20,764 nucleotides of DNA. It comes from Deltaproteobacteria bacterium (GTDB lineage Bacteria > SAR324 > NAC60-12). The stretch covers positions 1 to 20,764 of the forward strand of contig JAYOTF010000045.1 of the NCBI GenBank assembly GCA_038150265.1. Reading direction: 5' to 3'. The notes under the pieces are model-generated. The model worked only from the letters and a program-made list of their open reading frames with translations. It searched no databases and had not been told where the DNA came from. The position numbers and the translations under genes are program-made. This document shows, piece by piece, positions 8,023 through 17,257 of the stretch (its first letter is position 1; each line of letters starts with the position of its first letter).

Positions 8023-9162
8023 ATGAGTCACCAACTGACTGCTGAAGAAATCCAGCGCTACAGCCGGCACCTGACCCTGCGCGAAGTGGGGCTTTCCGGG
8101 CAGGAGCAGCTCAAGGCGTCCCGCGTGCTGCTGGTGGGCGCCGGAGGGCTGGGGGCTCCGATGGCCCTCTACCTGGCAGCCGTGGGGGTGGGCACCCTGG
8201 GCGTGGTGGATTTTGATGTGGTGGAGCACAGCAACCTGCAGCGGCAGGTCGTTCATGGCACCCGAGACATTGGCCGGCTCAAGGTGGAGTCGCTTCAGGA
8301 TACCCTCCGGGAGATCAACCCCAATGTGCAGGTGGAGGTCCACAAGGTTCGGCTGACGGCAGAGAACGTGGAGGAGCTCTTCGAGCGCTACGACGTCATT
8401 GCCGATGGCTCAGACAACTTTGAAACGCGCTACCTCGTCAATGATGCCGCCTTCTTTGCCCACAAGCCGCTGGTCTCGGCCTCGTTGTTTCAGTTTCAGG
8501 GGCAACTGACGGTCTTCCATCCTCATGCCGGAGGCCCCTGCTACCGGTGCCTCTACTCCGCTCCCCCGCCTGCCTCGCTGGTGCCTACCTGAGCGGAAGG
8601 CGGAGTCCTGGGCGTGCTCCCAGGCGTCATGGGAACCCTGCAGGCGACGGAGGTCATCAAGATGCTCCTCGATGTGGGGAAGCCCCTCATTGGTCGGATG
8701 GTGCTGTATGATGCGCTCGACCTGAGCTTCCGGGAGGTCCGGATTCCTCGTGACCCGGAGTGTGCCCTCTGTGGGGAGCGTCCGACGCTCACTGAGCTGA
8801 CCGTGGCGTTCCCGGCTCCGGAGGCTCCGGATTGGGACAACGTGGAGGCCGATGTGACCCCCGAGGCCCTGCAGGCCCGTCTGCAGACGGAGCCCTTGCC
8901 GGTCCTGCTGGACGTCCGGGAACCGACGGAGTGGCGGATTGCCCAGCTGCCGCATGCCCAACTGGTGGCGCTGAGCGAGCTGCAGCCCGAGACGCTTCCG
9001 TATGACCGGGATGCGGAAATCATTCTGTACTGTCACAAGGGGGTCCGTTCGCGAATGGCCCTCAACCTCTTGAAGCAAGCAGGCTTCCGGAACCTCAAGA
9101 ACCTTGCTGGCGGCATTGATCAGTGGTCGGTTGAGGTGGATCCTTCGGTGCCCCGGTACTGA
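8023..9162 (+). CDS. moeB: MoeB/ThiF adenylyltransferase-rhodanese fusion (MoeZ-like), probable selenoprotein with in-frame UGA at codon 190
   Basis: RYSRH, GAGGLG, DFDVVEHSNLQRQ, DGSDNFETRY and CYRC, then VPT-TGA(8590-8592)-AEGGVLGVLPG in the same frame, CALC and a rhodanese domain (DVREPTE, YCHKGVRS, LAGGIDQW). The two ORF-track pieces share one frame, giving 379 aa. GTGAGG RBS before ATG 8023. Confidence 0.9.
8602..8628 (+). promoter_or_regulatory. Putative bacterial SECIS element
   Basis: CCTGGG (8607-8612) pairs perfectly with CCCAGG (8619-8624). The 6-nt loop CGTGCT has GU at positions 2-3 and starts after a 20-nt spacer from the UGA, fitting the general bacterial SECIS model. Confidence 0.65.
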
Positions 9163-9194
9163 CGTTTTTGACTGAACTCCCTTTAGGCCCTGCC

Positions 9195-10886
9195 ATGACC
9201 CGAACACACGCCCAGTTGCTGGAAGGAAACCTCCCGATTGACGGGGAGTTTGGCATTACGGCCGAGATCCCCAGCTTTGCGCTGCTTCAGGAGTGGCAGG
9301 AGAAGCGGGTGGCGCTTCGGCATGGCTACTACCGCATGGTCGATCCGCCTCGGGTGCAGGCGCTGCAGCAGCAGCTGTGCGACGCCTCGGAGTGTGCGCA
9401 TGCGCTCTGCTACCCCTCTCAGGAGGTGGCGCTGCATGAGTGGCTTCAGGGGACCTTCACGCTTCCGCCGCATCATCCGGTGCTGGTGCTGGCTCAGGCC
9501 GAGCACCCGGACCTCTCCCGCATGACAGCCGTGCTGGACCATCAGCAGCTGCCGTGGAAGCGCCTGCCGCCCGAGGTGCCTGCGCAACTGCCACTTTGCT
9601 CGCTGGTGGTGGTGCTCCGGGACACGCCCAACGTGGACCGGATGATGATGATCCTGTGGCACTCGCTGCCCGGGCGGCTGCCGTTGCTGGTGTGGAGTCC
9701 GGAGCCCCCGAAGGCGGTGCCCCGCAAGCTCCGGAAGGCGCCGTGGGTGTGTGGCCTCGAAGCCGGCTCCGGCGGCGCCTTGCTGCTGGATGAGGCGGAG
9801 GCCTTTGACGAGTTCCTCGAGCGGCGCAAACGTCGCGGCCCCATCCTCTCTCCCCGGGCCATTGGCGACCAGGAAGACAGCGAGGTCCGGAGCCGGCTGC
9901 TGGACTGGTTCATGGTGCAAGAAGCTGCGGCCCAGGTGCAGCTGTACCCTTCCGGAATGAACGCCTGCGCGGTGCTGTTTGACGAGCTGCTCCGGCGGCG
10001 TCCTCAGCACGTCGTGGTGGTAGGGGGAATGTACACCGACACCTACACCCTGCTGACGCACCCACGCTTCCGTCCCGAGGGAACCCGGGTGGACTTTCTG
10101 GATGTGTCAGAGCAGGACCGACTGGTGGAGGTGCTGACCGAGGAGACCGCGTTTGTCTTCACCGAAAGCATCACCAATCCGCTGGGGGAGGTTCCGGACC
10201 TGCCGCTGATTGCCGCCAATGCCCACCTCCGGGGGGTGCCGCTGGTGGTGGATAACACCCTGGCGACCCCGTATAACCTCAACCCCCTGGTGGTCGGCGC
10301 CACGGCTGTGGTGCACAGCACCGCCAAGTACCTGAATGGAGGGAACGACCACCGTGGCGGGGTGCTGGCGCTCAACGATTCTGCGCTTGCGGAAGCCTTG
10401 CAGAAGACGCAGGACCTCCTTGGTCTGAGCATGAGCGAGGCGGAAGCCCGGGTGCTCTGGCAGCGGCTGCAGGACTTTCCGGAGCGCATGGAACGCTTCA
10501 ACCGCAACGGCCGCATCCTGGTGGACTTCCTGATTCGTCACCCCAAGGTGGCCCGGGTCTTTCATCCCGAGGTCCCGGAGGCCCCTCGGCACCACTCTCC
10601 GCTGTCAGGCTCCGGAAGCGTGGTGAGCTTTCAGCTGGTGGACGATAGCCTGGAAGCCGTCCAGCGGTTTTATGATGCCGACCTGCACCCCATTGGCAAG
10701 GGCCCCACGCTGGGGTCCAACCGAACGATTCTCTGCCCCTACCCGCTGCTGGCCCATTACCATGCCCCCCTGGAGCTGGTGGAGCAGCTTTGTGGCACCC
10801 GTCACCTGATTCGGGTGGCCGCCGGATGCGAGGCCGACTTCACCGTGGCCCTCCGGGCGCTGGCCCGTGGATTGGACCAGGTTTAG
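9195..10886 (+). CDS. PLP-dependent Cys/Met metabolism enzyme, long cystathionine gamma-synthase-like (Str2-type)
   Basis: LYPSGMNA, ESITNPLG, VVDNTLATP, HSTAKYLNG (PLP lysine) and KGPTLGSNRTILCPYPLLAHY; N-terminal GYYRM segment. Start ATG 9195 or TTG 9168. Confidence 0.8.
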   Translation: MTRTHAQLLEGNLPIDGEFGITAEIPSFALLQEWQEKRVALRHGYYRMVDPPRVQALQQQLCDASECAHALCYPSQEVALHEWLQGTFTLPPHHPVLVLAQAEHPDLSRMTAVLDHQQLPWKRLPPEVPAQLPLCSLVVVLRDTPNVDRMMMILWHSLPGRLPLLVWSPEPPKAVPRKLRKAPWVCGLEAGSGGALLLDEAEAFDEFLERRKRRGPILSPRAIGDQEDSEVRSRLLDWFMVQEAAAQVQLYPSGMNACAVLFDELLRRRPQHVVVVGGMYTDTYTLLTHPRFRPEGTRVDFLDVSEQDRLVEVLTEETAFVFTESITNPLGEVPDLPLIAANAHLRGVPLVVDNTLATPYNLNPLVVGATAVVHSTAKYLNGGNDHRGGVLALNDSALAEALQKTQDLLGLSMSEAEARVLWQRLQDFPERMERFNRNGRILVDFLIRHPKVARVFHPEVPEAPRHHSPLSGSGSVVSFQLVDDSLEAVQRFYDADLHPIGKGPTLGSNRTILCPYPLLAHYHAPLELVEQLCGTRHLIRVAAGCEADFTVALRALARGLDQV

Positions 10887-10915
10887 CCTGATTGACGCAA
10901 ACACAAGGGAGTTTC

Positions 10916-13189
10916 ATGTCTCAGCCCACGACCTTCAAGTACCTTGGCAAACCGCGTGGCATCATTGACGCGCAGGAAAAACTGACGGGACAGGCCCGTT
11001 ACATTGGCGACCTGCAGGTGGCTGGCCTGCTGCACGTGCGGCTCCTGCTCAGTCCGCATGCGCATGCCCGGATTGTGGCCATTGAGACCACTGCTGCCGA
11101 ACAGGCTCCGGGCGTGAAGGCTGTGCTGACAGCCGATCGGCTCACCCACTGGAACAAGACGGCCGCCTCACGAGTGGGCGCCTTGCTGGCTCGCGGGGAG
11201 GTGATGTTTGAAGGACACCCGGTGGTGGCCGTGGTCGCCGATTCTCCGGCAGCAGCCTGGGACGCCCTGGCCCTGGTGTCCGTGGAGTATGAACCCCTGC
11301 CGGTGGTTCCGGATCTGAAAACAGCCCTGGCGCCGGGAGCGCCGCTGGTGTGGCCACAGGGCATTCCCCGCGATGAATCGAATGTCAGTAGCGACCACGC
11401 CGCGGTGACCGTCGAGGACGAGGGCCATCAGGCGCTGCCGCCCAACGTCCACTCCCAAAACGACTTTGAGCGCGGTGACGTTGAGGCCGGGTTTGCGCAG
11501 TCGGAGGTGGTGCTGGAGCGCACCTACCGGACCGGGATTGTGCATCAGGGCTACCTGGAGCCGCAGGCCTGTGTGGCCCTTCCGGAGCCGATGGGCGGCC
11601 TGGCCCTGTACACCGGAACACAGGGGCCTCGGACCGTTCATGCCGATGTCTCGCGTCTGCTGGACCTGCCCTCGTCTCAGGTCCGGGTGCACCCGATGAC
11701 GCTGGGCGGCGGATTTGGCGGCAAGCATGGGCTGCTGGAGCCGCTTGCTGGCGCCATTGCGCTGCAACTGCAGGCGCCGGTGCGTCTGGAGCTGACCCGG
11801 ACGGAAGACTTCATGACCACCATGCCGGCTCCAGCGTGTGAGGTGTGGCTGAAGATGGGCGTGGATCGCTCCGGGAAGCTGCTTGCCCTGGAGGCACAGG
11901 TGGATGTGGACAATGGCGCCTATGCTGCCGCATGGTGGAGTGCCCTGCTGGCGCTGCTGCTGGGCGGAGCCTACCAGGTTCCGAACCTGAAGATTCACTG
12001 CCAGGAAGTGGTCACGCACAAGCCCATGGCAGGTCCCTACCGGGCCCCCACGGCCCAGACGGCCTGCTTTGCTGTGGAAGCCCACATGGACGACCTGGCC
12101 CGGGAACTGGGGCTGGATCCGCTGGAGTTTCGGCTGCAGAATGCTTCCGAAACCGGAGACCCCATGGTCAATGGCCAACCGTGGCCAAGCCTGAGCATCA
12201 AGGAAACCCTGAATGCCCTCAAGGAGCACCCCACCTGGAAGGCCCGGACCACCGGAGCCCAGGAAGCCTGGGGAATCGCCCTGGGCGTCTGGCCTTGTGC
12301 GGTGGGACCCGCCTCAGCGGTCTGCCGGATGATTCCGGACGGGACGGTGCAGGTGCAGGTGGGCTCCGCCGATGTTTCAGGCGTCAACAGCAGCCTGGTC
12401 CTGGTCGCCGCGGAGGTCCTGTCAATTGACCCCTCGAAGGTGGAGATTGTGCAGGTGGACTCCCGAACCGGACCAGTGGCTCCGCCGAGCGGCGGGAGCC
12501 AGGTCACCTACAGCGTCTCTGGAGCGGTGAGCGCGTCGGCACAGGAGGTCCGGACGCAGCTTTCCAAACTGGCCGCTGAACACTTTGAGGCGGCGGAAGA
12601 GGACCTGGTCTTTGACGATGGCATGATTCACGTCAACGGCCTGCCGACGCAGCGGGTGTCGTATGCGCAACTCGCCCGGCAAGCGGAGTCTCGGAAGGGG
12701 GGCGAGGGGCCGATCATTGCGACATCGAGCAACTCGCTTCCGGAAAATGCACCTGGGGTGGCGGTTCATGCTGTGAAGGTGCACGTTGATCCGGAAACCG
12801 GAGTGGTGACGCCGCGGCAGTACCTGGCGATTCAGGATGTGGGACGGGCGCTCAACCCGCTGCTCGTGGAAGGACAGATTCAGGGAGGCGTGCTGCAGGG
12901 GCTCGGCTGGGGGCTTTGGGAGGAAATGCCGTATGATGCGCAGGGACAGCTTCAGGCGGCAAACTTCCTCGACTACGCCCTGCCGCGTGCGGATAACGGG
13001 GTCACCGTTGAGGTCACGTTACTGGAGCACCCTTCGCCACACAACGTGCTGGGGGTCCGAGGCGTCGGAGAGCCTCCCATTGTCCCCGGAGGCGCGGCCT
13101 TGGCCAACGCGGTCCAAAACGCGGTGCAGGTCCGTCCGACTGAACTACCGATCCGAGCCTCCACACTCTGGAAGCAGCTGAACCCCTGA
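10916..13189 (+). CDS. Xanthine dehydrogenase/CO dehydrogenase family molybdopterin-binding large subunit
   Basis: KLTGQARYIGDL, SPHAHARI, HQGYLEPQ, LGGGFGGK, PYRAP, SGGS, DVGRALNP..VEGQIQGG and GVGEPP motifs. AAGGGAG RBS before ATG 10916. Confidence 0.92.
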   Translation: MSQPTTFKYLGKPRGIIDAQEKLTGQARYIGDLQVAGLLHVRLLLSPHAHARIVAIETTAAEQAPGVKAVLTADRLTHWNKTAASRVGALLARGEVMFEGHPVVAVVADSPAAAWDALALVSVEYEPLPVVPDLKTALAPGAPLVWPQGIPRDESNVSSDHAAVTVEDEGHQALPPNVHSQNDFERGDVEAGFAQSEVVLERTYRTGIVHQGYLEPQACVALPEPMGGLALYTGTQGPRTVHADVSRLLDLPSSQVRVHPMTLGGGFGGKHGLLEPLAGAIALQLQAPVRLELTRTEDFMTTMPAPACEVWLKMGVDRSGKLLALEAQVDVDNGAYAAAWWSALLALLLGGAYQVPNLKIHCQEVVTHKPMAGPYRAPTAQTACFAVEAHMDDLARELGLDPLEFRLQNASETGDPMVNGQPWPSLSIKETLNALKEHPTWKARTTGAQEAWGIALGVWPCAVGPASAVCRMIPDGTVQVQVGSADVSGVNSSLVLVAAEVLSIDPSKVEIVQVDSRTGPVAPPSGGSQVTYSVSGAVSASAQEVRTQLSKLAAEHFEAAEEDLVFDDGMIHVNGLPTQRVSYAQLARQAESRKGGEGPIIATSSNSLPENAPGVAVHAVKVHVDPETGVVTPRQYLAIQDVGRALNPLLVEGQIQGGVLQGLGWGLWEEMPYDAQGQLQAANFLDYALPRADNGVTVEVTLLEHPSPHNVLGVRGVGEPPIVPGGAALANAVQNAVQVRPTELPIRASTLWKQLNP

Positions 13190-13233
13190 GGGTGCGGGAG
13201 GATTCCTGAGGAAGTTTATTGAGTCTGTCTAGT

Positions 13234-13267
13234 GTATTTTAAATTTATATTATGTAAATTTAAATAC
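13234..13267. promoter_or_regulatory. AT-rich inverted repeat, candidate operator/promoter upstream of ltaE
   Basis: TTTAAATTTA (13238-13247), 7-nt spacer, TAAATTTAAA (13255-13264): perfect 10-bp arms in an AT-rich patch. Confidence 0.4.
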
Positions 13268-13593
13268 CCGTAAACACAGACTTGCTTCACCTGCTTCCAG
13301 AAGGACAAAACACTCAGGCGCTCCGAAACGCCCCCTTCAAAGCTTCCAGAAATTTGGGTGAACTCGCTGGGTTGGGGGACTTTTCGTCCGGTTTGCGCTG
13401 GGAGACCCTGGAGAAGGGACGCTGAAAAACGGATTCGGGTCACTTCCCCAGCGAACCCTGCTGGCTGCCCCTGGAGGAAGCCCCAGGGAGGAAACCGGAA
13501 GCCCCCCACGGATCTAATTCATGAGAACCGCTGCCGTGCCAAACGCGCGAACCGGCTGGTTTTGATTCGACTCAAGTAAATAAAATACATATT

Positions 13594-14652
13594 ATGTCAA
13601 ATAATCAAATCGATCTACGAAGCGATACCATCACCAAGCCCACTCCAGACATGCTGCAGGCCATGATTGCGGCTCCGGTCGGAGACGATGTCTTGGGGGA
13701 TGACCCGACTGTTCAGGAACTGGAAGCAGAAACGGCACGGTTGCTCGGCATGGAGGCTGCGGTGTTCATGCCTTCCGGAACAATGACCAACCAGGTCGGA
13801 GTGCGGGCACACACCGAGCCCGGCGACGAGATCCTGCTGGCGGACAATGCGCACATTTACTTCTATGAAGCCGGGGCGCCGGCAGCATTGGCGGGAGTCA
13901 TGTGCCGCCTGCTTCCCAATGAGGGGGGCGTGTTCACTCCGGAAGTACTGGAGCAATTCCTGCGTCCGGCAGACATTCATTTTCCCACCTCAAAGCTGGT
14001 CTGCGTCGAGAACACCAGCAACCGCGGAGGCGGAACCTGTTGGCCACTGGAGCAGCTTGATGCGCTCGTTGAGTTCTGTGGGACCCGGAACCTGAAGCTG
14101 CACATGGACGGGGCCCGTCTCTGGAATGCCGCCATCGCGCAGTCACAACCCGAGTCCCGCCTGGTCCAGGGATTTGAATCGGTGAGTGTCTGTTTTTCCA
14201 AGGGATTGGGGGCTCCGGTCGGTTCTGCTCTGGCGGGTTCTCGTTCCTTCATCCAGCGGGCTCGCCGATTCCGGAAGCAATATGGAGGAGGCATGCGACA
14301 GGCGGGGTTTCTGGCTGCCGGGGCGCTGTATGCCCTGAGGCATCACCGCGAACGGTTGGCGGAAGATCATGCGAATGCGCGAGCGCTGGCCACCGGTCTG
14401 GCCGAGGTGGAAGGCGTGTCGATCAACTGGGAAACCCTGCAGACCAACATGTTCTACCTCAACCTGCAGCCCTTCTCAGCCCAGGTGTTTCAGAAGCTGC
14501 TTGCGGAGCAAGGCGTCGCGGTGATGGCGACGGGTCCGCACACCATCCGGGTGGTCACTCACCTGATGTTTTCGGCTGATCAAGTGGCTCCGACTCTTGA
14601 GATCATGAAAGCAGCACTGACCAGGCTCCGGAGCCTCGCTTCCACGGAGTAA
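13594..14652 (+). CDS. ltaE: Low-specificity L-threonine aldolase
   Basis: DLRSDTIT, VGDDVLGDDPTV, PSGTMTNQ, AHIYFYEAG, HMDGARLWNA, CFSKGLGAPVGS (PLP lysine) and GGGMRQAG motifs. Confidence 0.93.
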   Translation: MSNNQIDLRSDTITKPTPDMLQAMIAAPVGDDVLGDDPTVQELEAETARLLGMEAAVFMPSGTMTNQVGVRAHTEPGDEILLADNAHIYFYEAGAPAALAGVMCRLLPNEGGVFTPEVLEQFLRPADIHFPTSKLVCVENTSNRGGGTCWPLEQLDALVEFCGTRNLKLHMDGARLWNAAIAQSQPESRLVQGFESVSVCFSKGLGAPVGSALAGSRSFIQRARRFRKQYGGGMRQAGFLAAGALYALRHHRERLAEDHANARALATGLAEVEGVSINWETLQTNMFYLNLQPFSAQVFQKLLAEQGVAVMATGPHTIRVVTHLMFSADQVAPTLEIMKAALTRLRSLASTE

Positions 14653-14726
14653 AGGGACGAGCGTTTTGCATTGTATTTTCTGAAAATCCTGAAATGATTT
14701 CCTTTTTTGAAAGGAAACCCCACGCC

Positions 14727-16076
14727 ATGACTGTTACCGAGACCCTAAAAAATCAAGCGATCCAGGCCCGTCAGGCTGCTCAGCAACTGGCCCAGGCATC
14801 GACCGAACTGAAGAACGAGACGCTGCAGGCGATTGCCGCTGCGCTGCGAGCCCAGGTTGGCCCCATCCTTGAGGCCAATGCGAAGGACGTTGCCTTTGCT
14901 CAGGACCTCCGGGAGCGGGGCGAGTTGACAGGAAGTGCCGCAGCTCGCGTGGAGCTCTCAGAGAAAAAGATTGAGCAGATGGCGCAAAGTGTGGAACAGG
15001 TCGCCAGCCTCCCGGATCCCGTTGGTCAGGTGTTGCTGGCACGGCAGCTGGATGACGGCCTCAACCTGTATCGCGTCAGCTGTCCCATTGGCGTGATTTT
15101 GGTGATCTTTGAATCTCGTCCGGATGTGGTGACTCAGATTTCAGCGCTGGCTCTGAAGTCCGGGAATGCGGTCATTCTGAAAGGCGGCAAGGAGGCCCAG
15201 CACACGAACCGGTTGCTGGCCTCTCTGATTCATCAGGTTCTGGAGGCGACGCCCCAGTTGCCCACGCACGCGGTCAGTCTCATTGAAAGCCGAGACGAGG
15301 TCAGCCAGATGGTCCGGATGAGCGAACACCTGGATCTGATCATTCCACGAGGCAGCAACCAGCTGGTGCAGTACATTCAGGAAAATGCTCAGGTACCGGT
15401 GATGGGACACGCAGATGGCATCTGCCACGTGTACCTTGATCCTGAAGCGGATCCAGGCAAAGCCCTTGATATTGTAGTGGATTCCAAGACCGACTACCCG
15501 GCGGTGTGCAACGCCATGGAGACGTTGCTGGTTCATGAGCAGTTTCCGGATGACGTGCTGGCCTCCATCCTCCGAGCGCTGCAGGCTCAAGGAGTGGAAC
15601 TGCGCGGCTGCTCGCGTACCCGGGACCGACTGGAAGGCGCTGCAGATCTGGTGCTGCAGGCAGCAACAGAAGATGATTGGGCAACCGAGTACACCGACCT
15701 GATCCTCTCCATCAAAACCGTTGCTTCCGGAGAAGACGCGGTGGCACACATTCACCACTACGGATCCGCACACACGGACGCCATTGTGACGGAAAATCCG
15801 GAAACCGCCACCTGGTTCATGGAAACCGTCGACTCGGCGGGCGTGTTCTGGAATGCCTCCACCCGGTTTGCGGATGGCTTCCGCTACGGATTTGGCGCTG
15901 AAGTCGGAGTCAGTACGGCTCGCACCCACGCACGGGGACCCGTTGGGTTGGAGGGACTGGTCATTTACAAATACCGTCTGTATGGTGGAGGGCATACGGC
16001 AGGACCGTACTCTCAAGGAGAGCGCCGCTTCCAGTTTCAGGACCTCGCTCCCGAGCTTCCCGCCGCGGGGAAGTGA
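14727..16076 (+). CDS. proA: Gamma-glutamyl phosphate reductase
   Basis: PIGVILVIFESRP, LKSGNAVILKGGKEA, IIPRGS, GICHVY, CNAMETLL, SAHTDAIVT, NASTRFADG..GFGAEVGVST..HARGPVGL motifs. AAGGA RBS before ATG 14727. Confidence 0.96.
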   Translation: MTVTETLKNQAIQARQAAQQLAQASTELKNETLQAIAAALRAQVGPILEANAKDVAFAQDLRERGELTGSAAARVELSEKKIEQMAQSVEQVASLPDPVGQVLLARQLDDGLNLYRVSCPIGVILVIFESRPDVVTQISALALKSGNAVILKGGKEAQHTNRLLASLIHQVLEATPQLPTHAVSLIESRDEVSQMVRMSEHLDLIIPRGSNQLVQYIQENAQVPVMGHADGICHVYLDPEADPGKALDIVVDSKTDYPAVCNAMETLLVHEQFPDDVLASILRALQAQGVELRGCSRTRDRLEGAADLVLQAATEDDWATEYTDLILSIKTVASGEDAVAHIHHYGSAHTDAIVTENPETATWFMETVDSAGVFWNASTRFADGFRYGFGAEVGVSTARTHARGPVGLEGLVIYKYRLYGGGHTAGPYSQGERRFQFQDLAPELPAAGK

Positions 16077-16104
16077 TCCAGATAAACAGTGATATTATGT
16101 AAAT

Positions 16105-16488
16105 ATGTCTAAATACTCGGGACAACTCGCCCTCATCGTCGATGACTTTGCCACCGCACGGCGCTTCATGAACCTGACTCTGAAAGAGCTGGGGTTCGAA
16201 TGCCAGGAGGCCGCTTCAGTGGAAGACGCCATGGCCGTCATCAACGGAGGCACTCCGGTGAACCTCGTCCTCGCCGATACCCACATGCCGGAAAAAACCG
16301 GACTGGACCTGCTTCGGGACATCCGCAATGCCGGACACAAGGAACTGCCCGTTCTGTTGATGATGATGGAGCCCTTTGAGTCCATCCTGTTGGAAGGGGA
16401 GCAACTCAAGATGAGCGGTCACATCGTCAAACCCTTTGACGCCTTTGCCCTCTCCAAGACGCTGGAACAGGTAATGCCGAAGGGCTGA
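16105..16488 (+). CDS. Single-domain CheY-like response regulator
   Basis: LIVDDF acidic pocket, LADTHMP (phosphoacceptor Asp), TGLDLL and KPF motifs. Confidence 0.88.
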   Translation: MSKYSGQLALIVDDFATARRFMNLTLKELGFECQEAASVEDAMAVINGGTPVNLVLADTHMPEKTGLDLLRDIRNAGHKELPVLLMMMEPFESILLEGEQLKMSGHIVKPFDAFALSKTLEQVMPKG

Positions 16489-16489
16489 C

Positions 16490-16669
16490 ATGAGTCGTTG
16501 CATCAATTGCCGCTACTACCAAGTCACCTGGGATCCGAATCAGCCTTACGGCTGCCGGAAGTTGAACTTCAAGAGTCGGATTGAGCCCGCCCAGTACATC
16601 CTCCAGGTTTCGGGAGAGCCCTGCCTTAGTTTTGAGCAAAAAATCAAACGCAAGCCCACTTCTTCCTGA
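16490..16669 (+). CDS. 59-aa four-cysteine small protein (family often mis-annotated 'uracil-DNA glycosylase')
   Basis: Translated by hand: MSRCINCRYYQVTWDPNQPYGCRKLNFKSRIEPAQYILQVSGEPCLSFEQKIKRKPTSS. Pattern CxxC..TWD..PYGC..FKS..P..SG..C..F; starts 1 nt after the regulator stop. Confidence 0.8.
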   Translation: MSRCINCRYYQVTWDPNQPYGCRKLNFKSRIEPAQYILQVSGEPCLSFEQKIKRKPTSS

Positions 16670-16892
16670 TCAGAGCGCCTTAATTTTTAGCGATTTAGCG
16701 TGACCTTTAAAAAGAGCGTCAAAATCGCCAGAATCAAAAGAAAGGGGTTCCATGACTCATGGGTTGAGTCCCCTCAAAAAAAAGGAATGACAGCGAATCT
16801 GAAGGGTCGTTTTTTTCGGAGGGGGATGAAAGGAGGGGCCCAAACGGGGGAAGAGCGTCCGAAAGGGGGAGCATCCGGACGCGGAAAGGCGT

Positions 16893-17246
<354 letters not shown>

Positions 17247-17257
17247 TTAGGGGGTAA

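Noticed and set aside
7837..8343. Extended N-terminus of the 367-aa Maf ORF
   Set aside because: Overlaps moeB on the opposite strand; Maf homology begins only at MQQHHPICLASSSPRR.
8590..8592. moeB as a nonsense pseudogene or two separate genes
   Set aside because: The stop is UGA at a conserved Cys position, both halves are intact and in frame, and a SECIS-like stem follows; Sec recoding is the simpler explanation.
10916..13189. Assignment as true aerobic CO dehydrogenase coxL
   Set aside because: Lacks the AYxCSFR loop, and coxM/coxS are not adjacent.
13216..13579. Short ORFs in the intergenic region before ltaE
   Set aside because: No RBS or protein-like features; the region is better explained as promoter and leader.
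16855..16882. GCGTCCG/CGGACGC hairpin downstream of glnB as an intrinsic terminator
   Set aside because: The loop is 14 nt and there is no clear U-tract; not strong enough to call.
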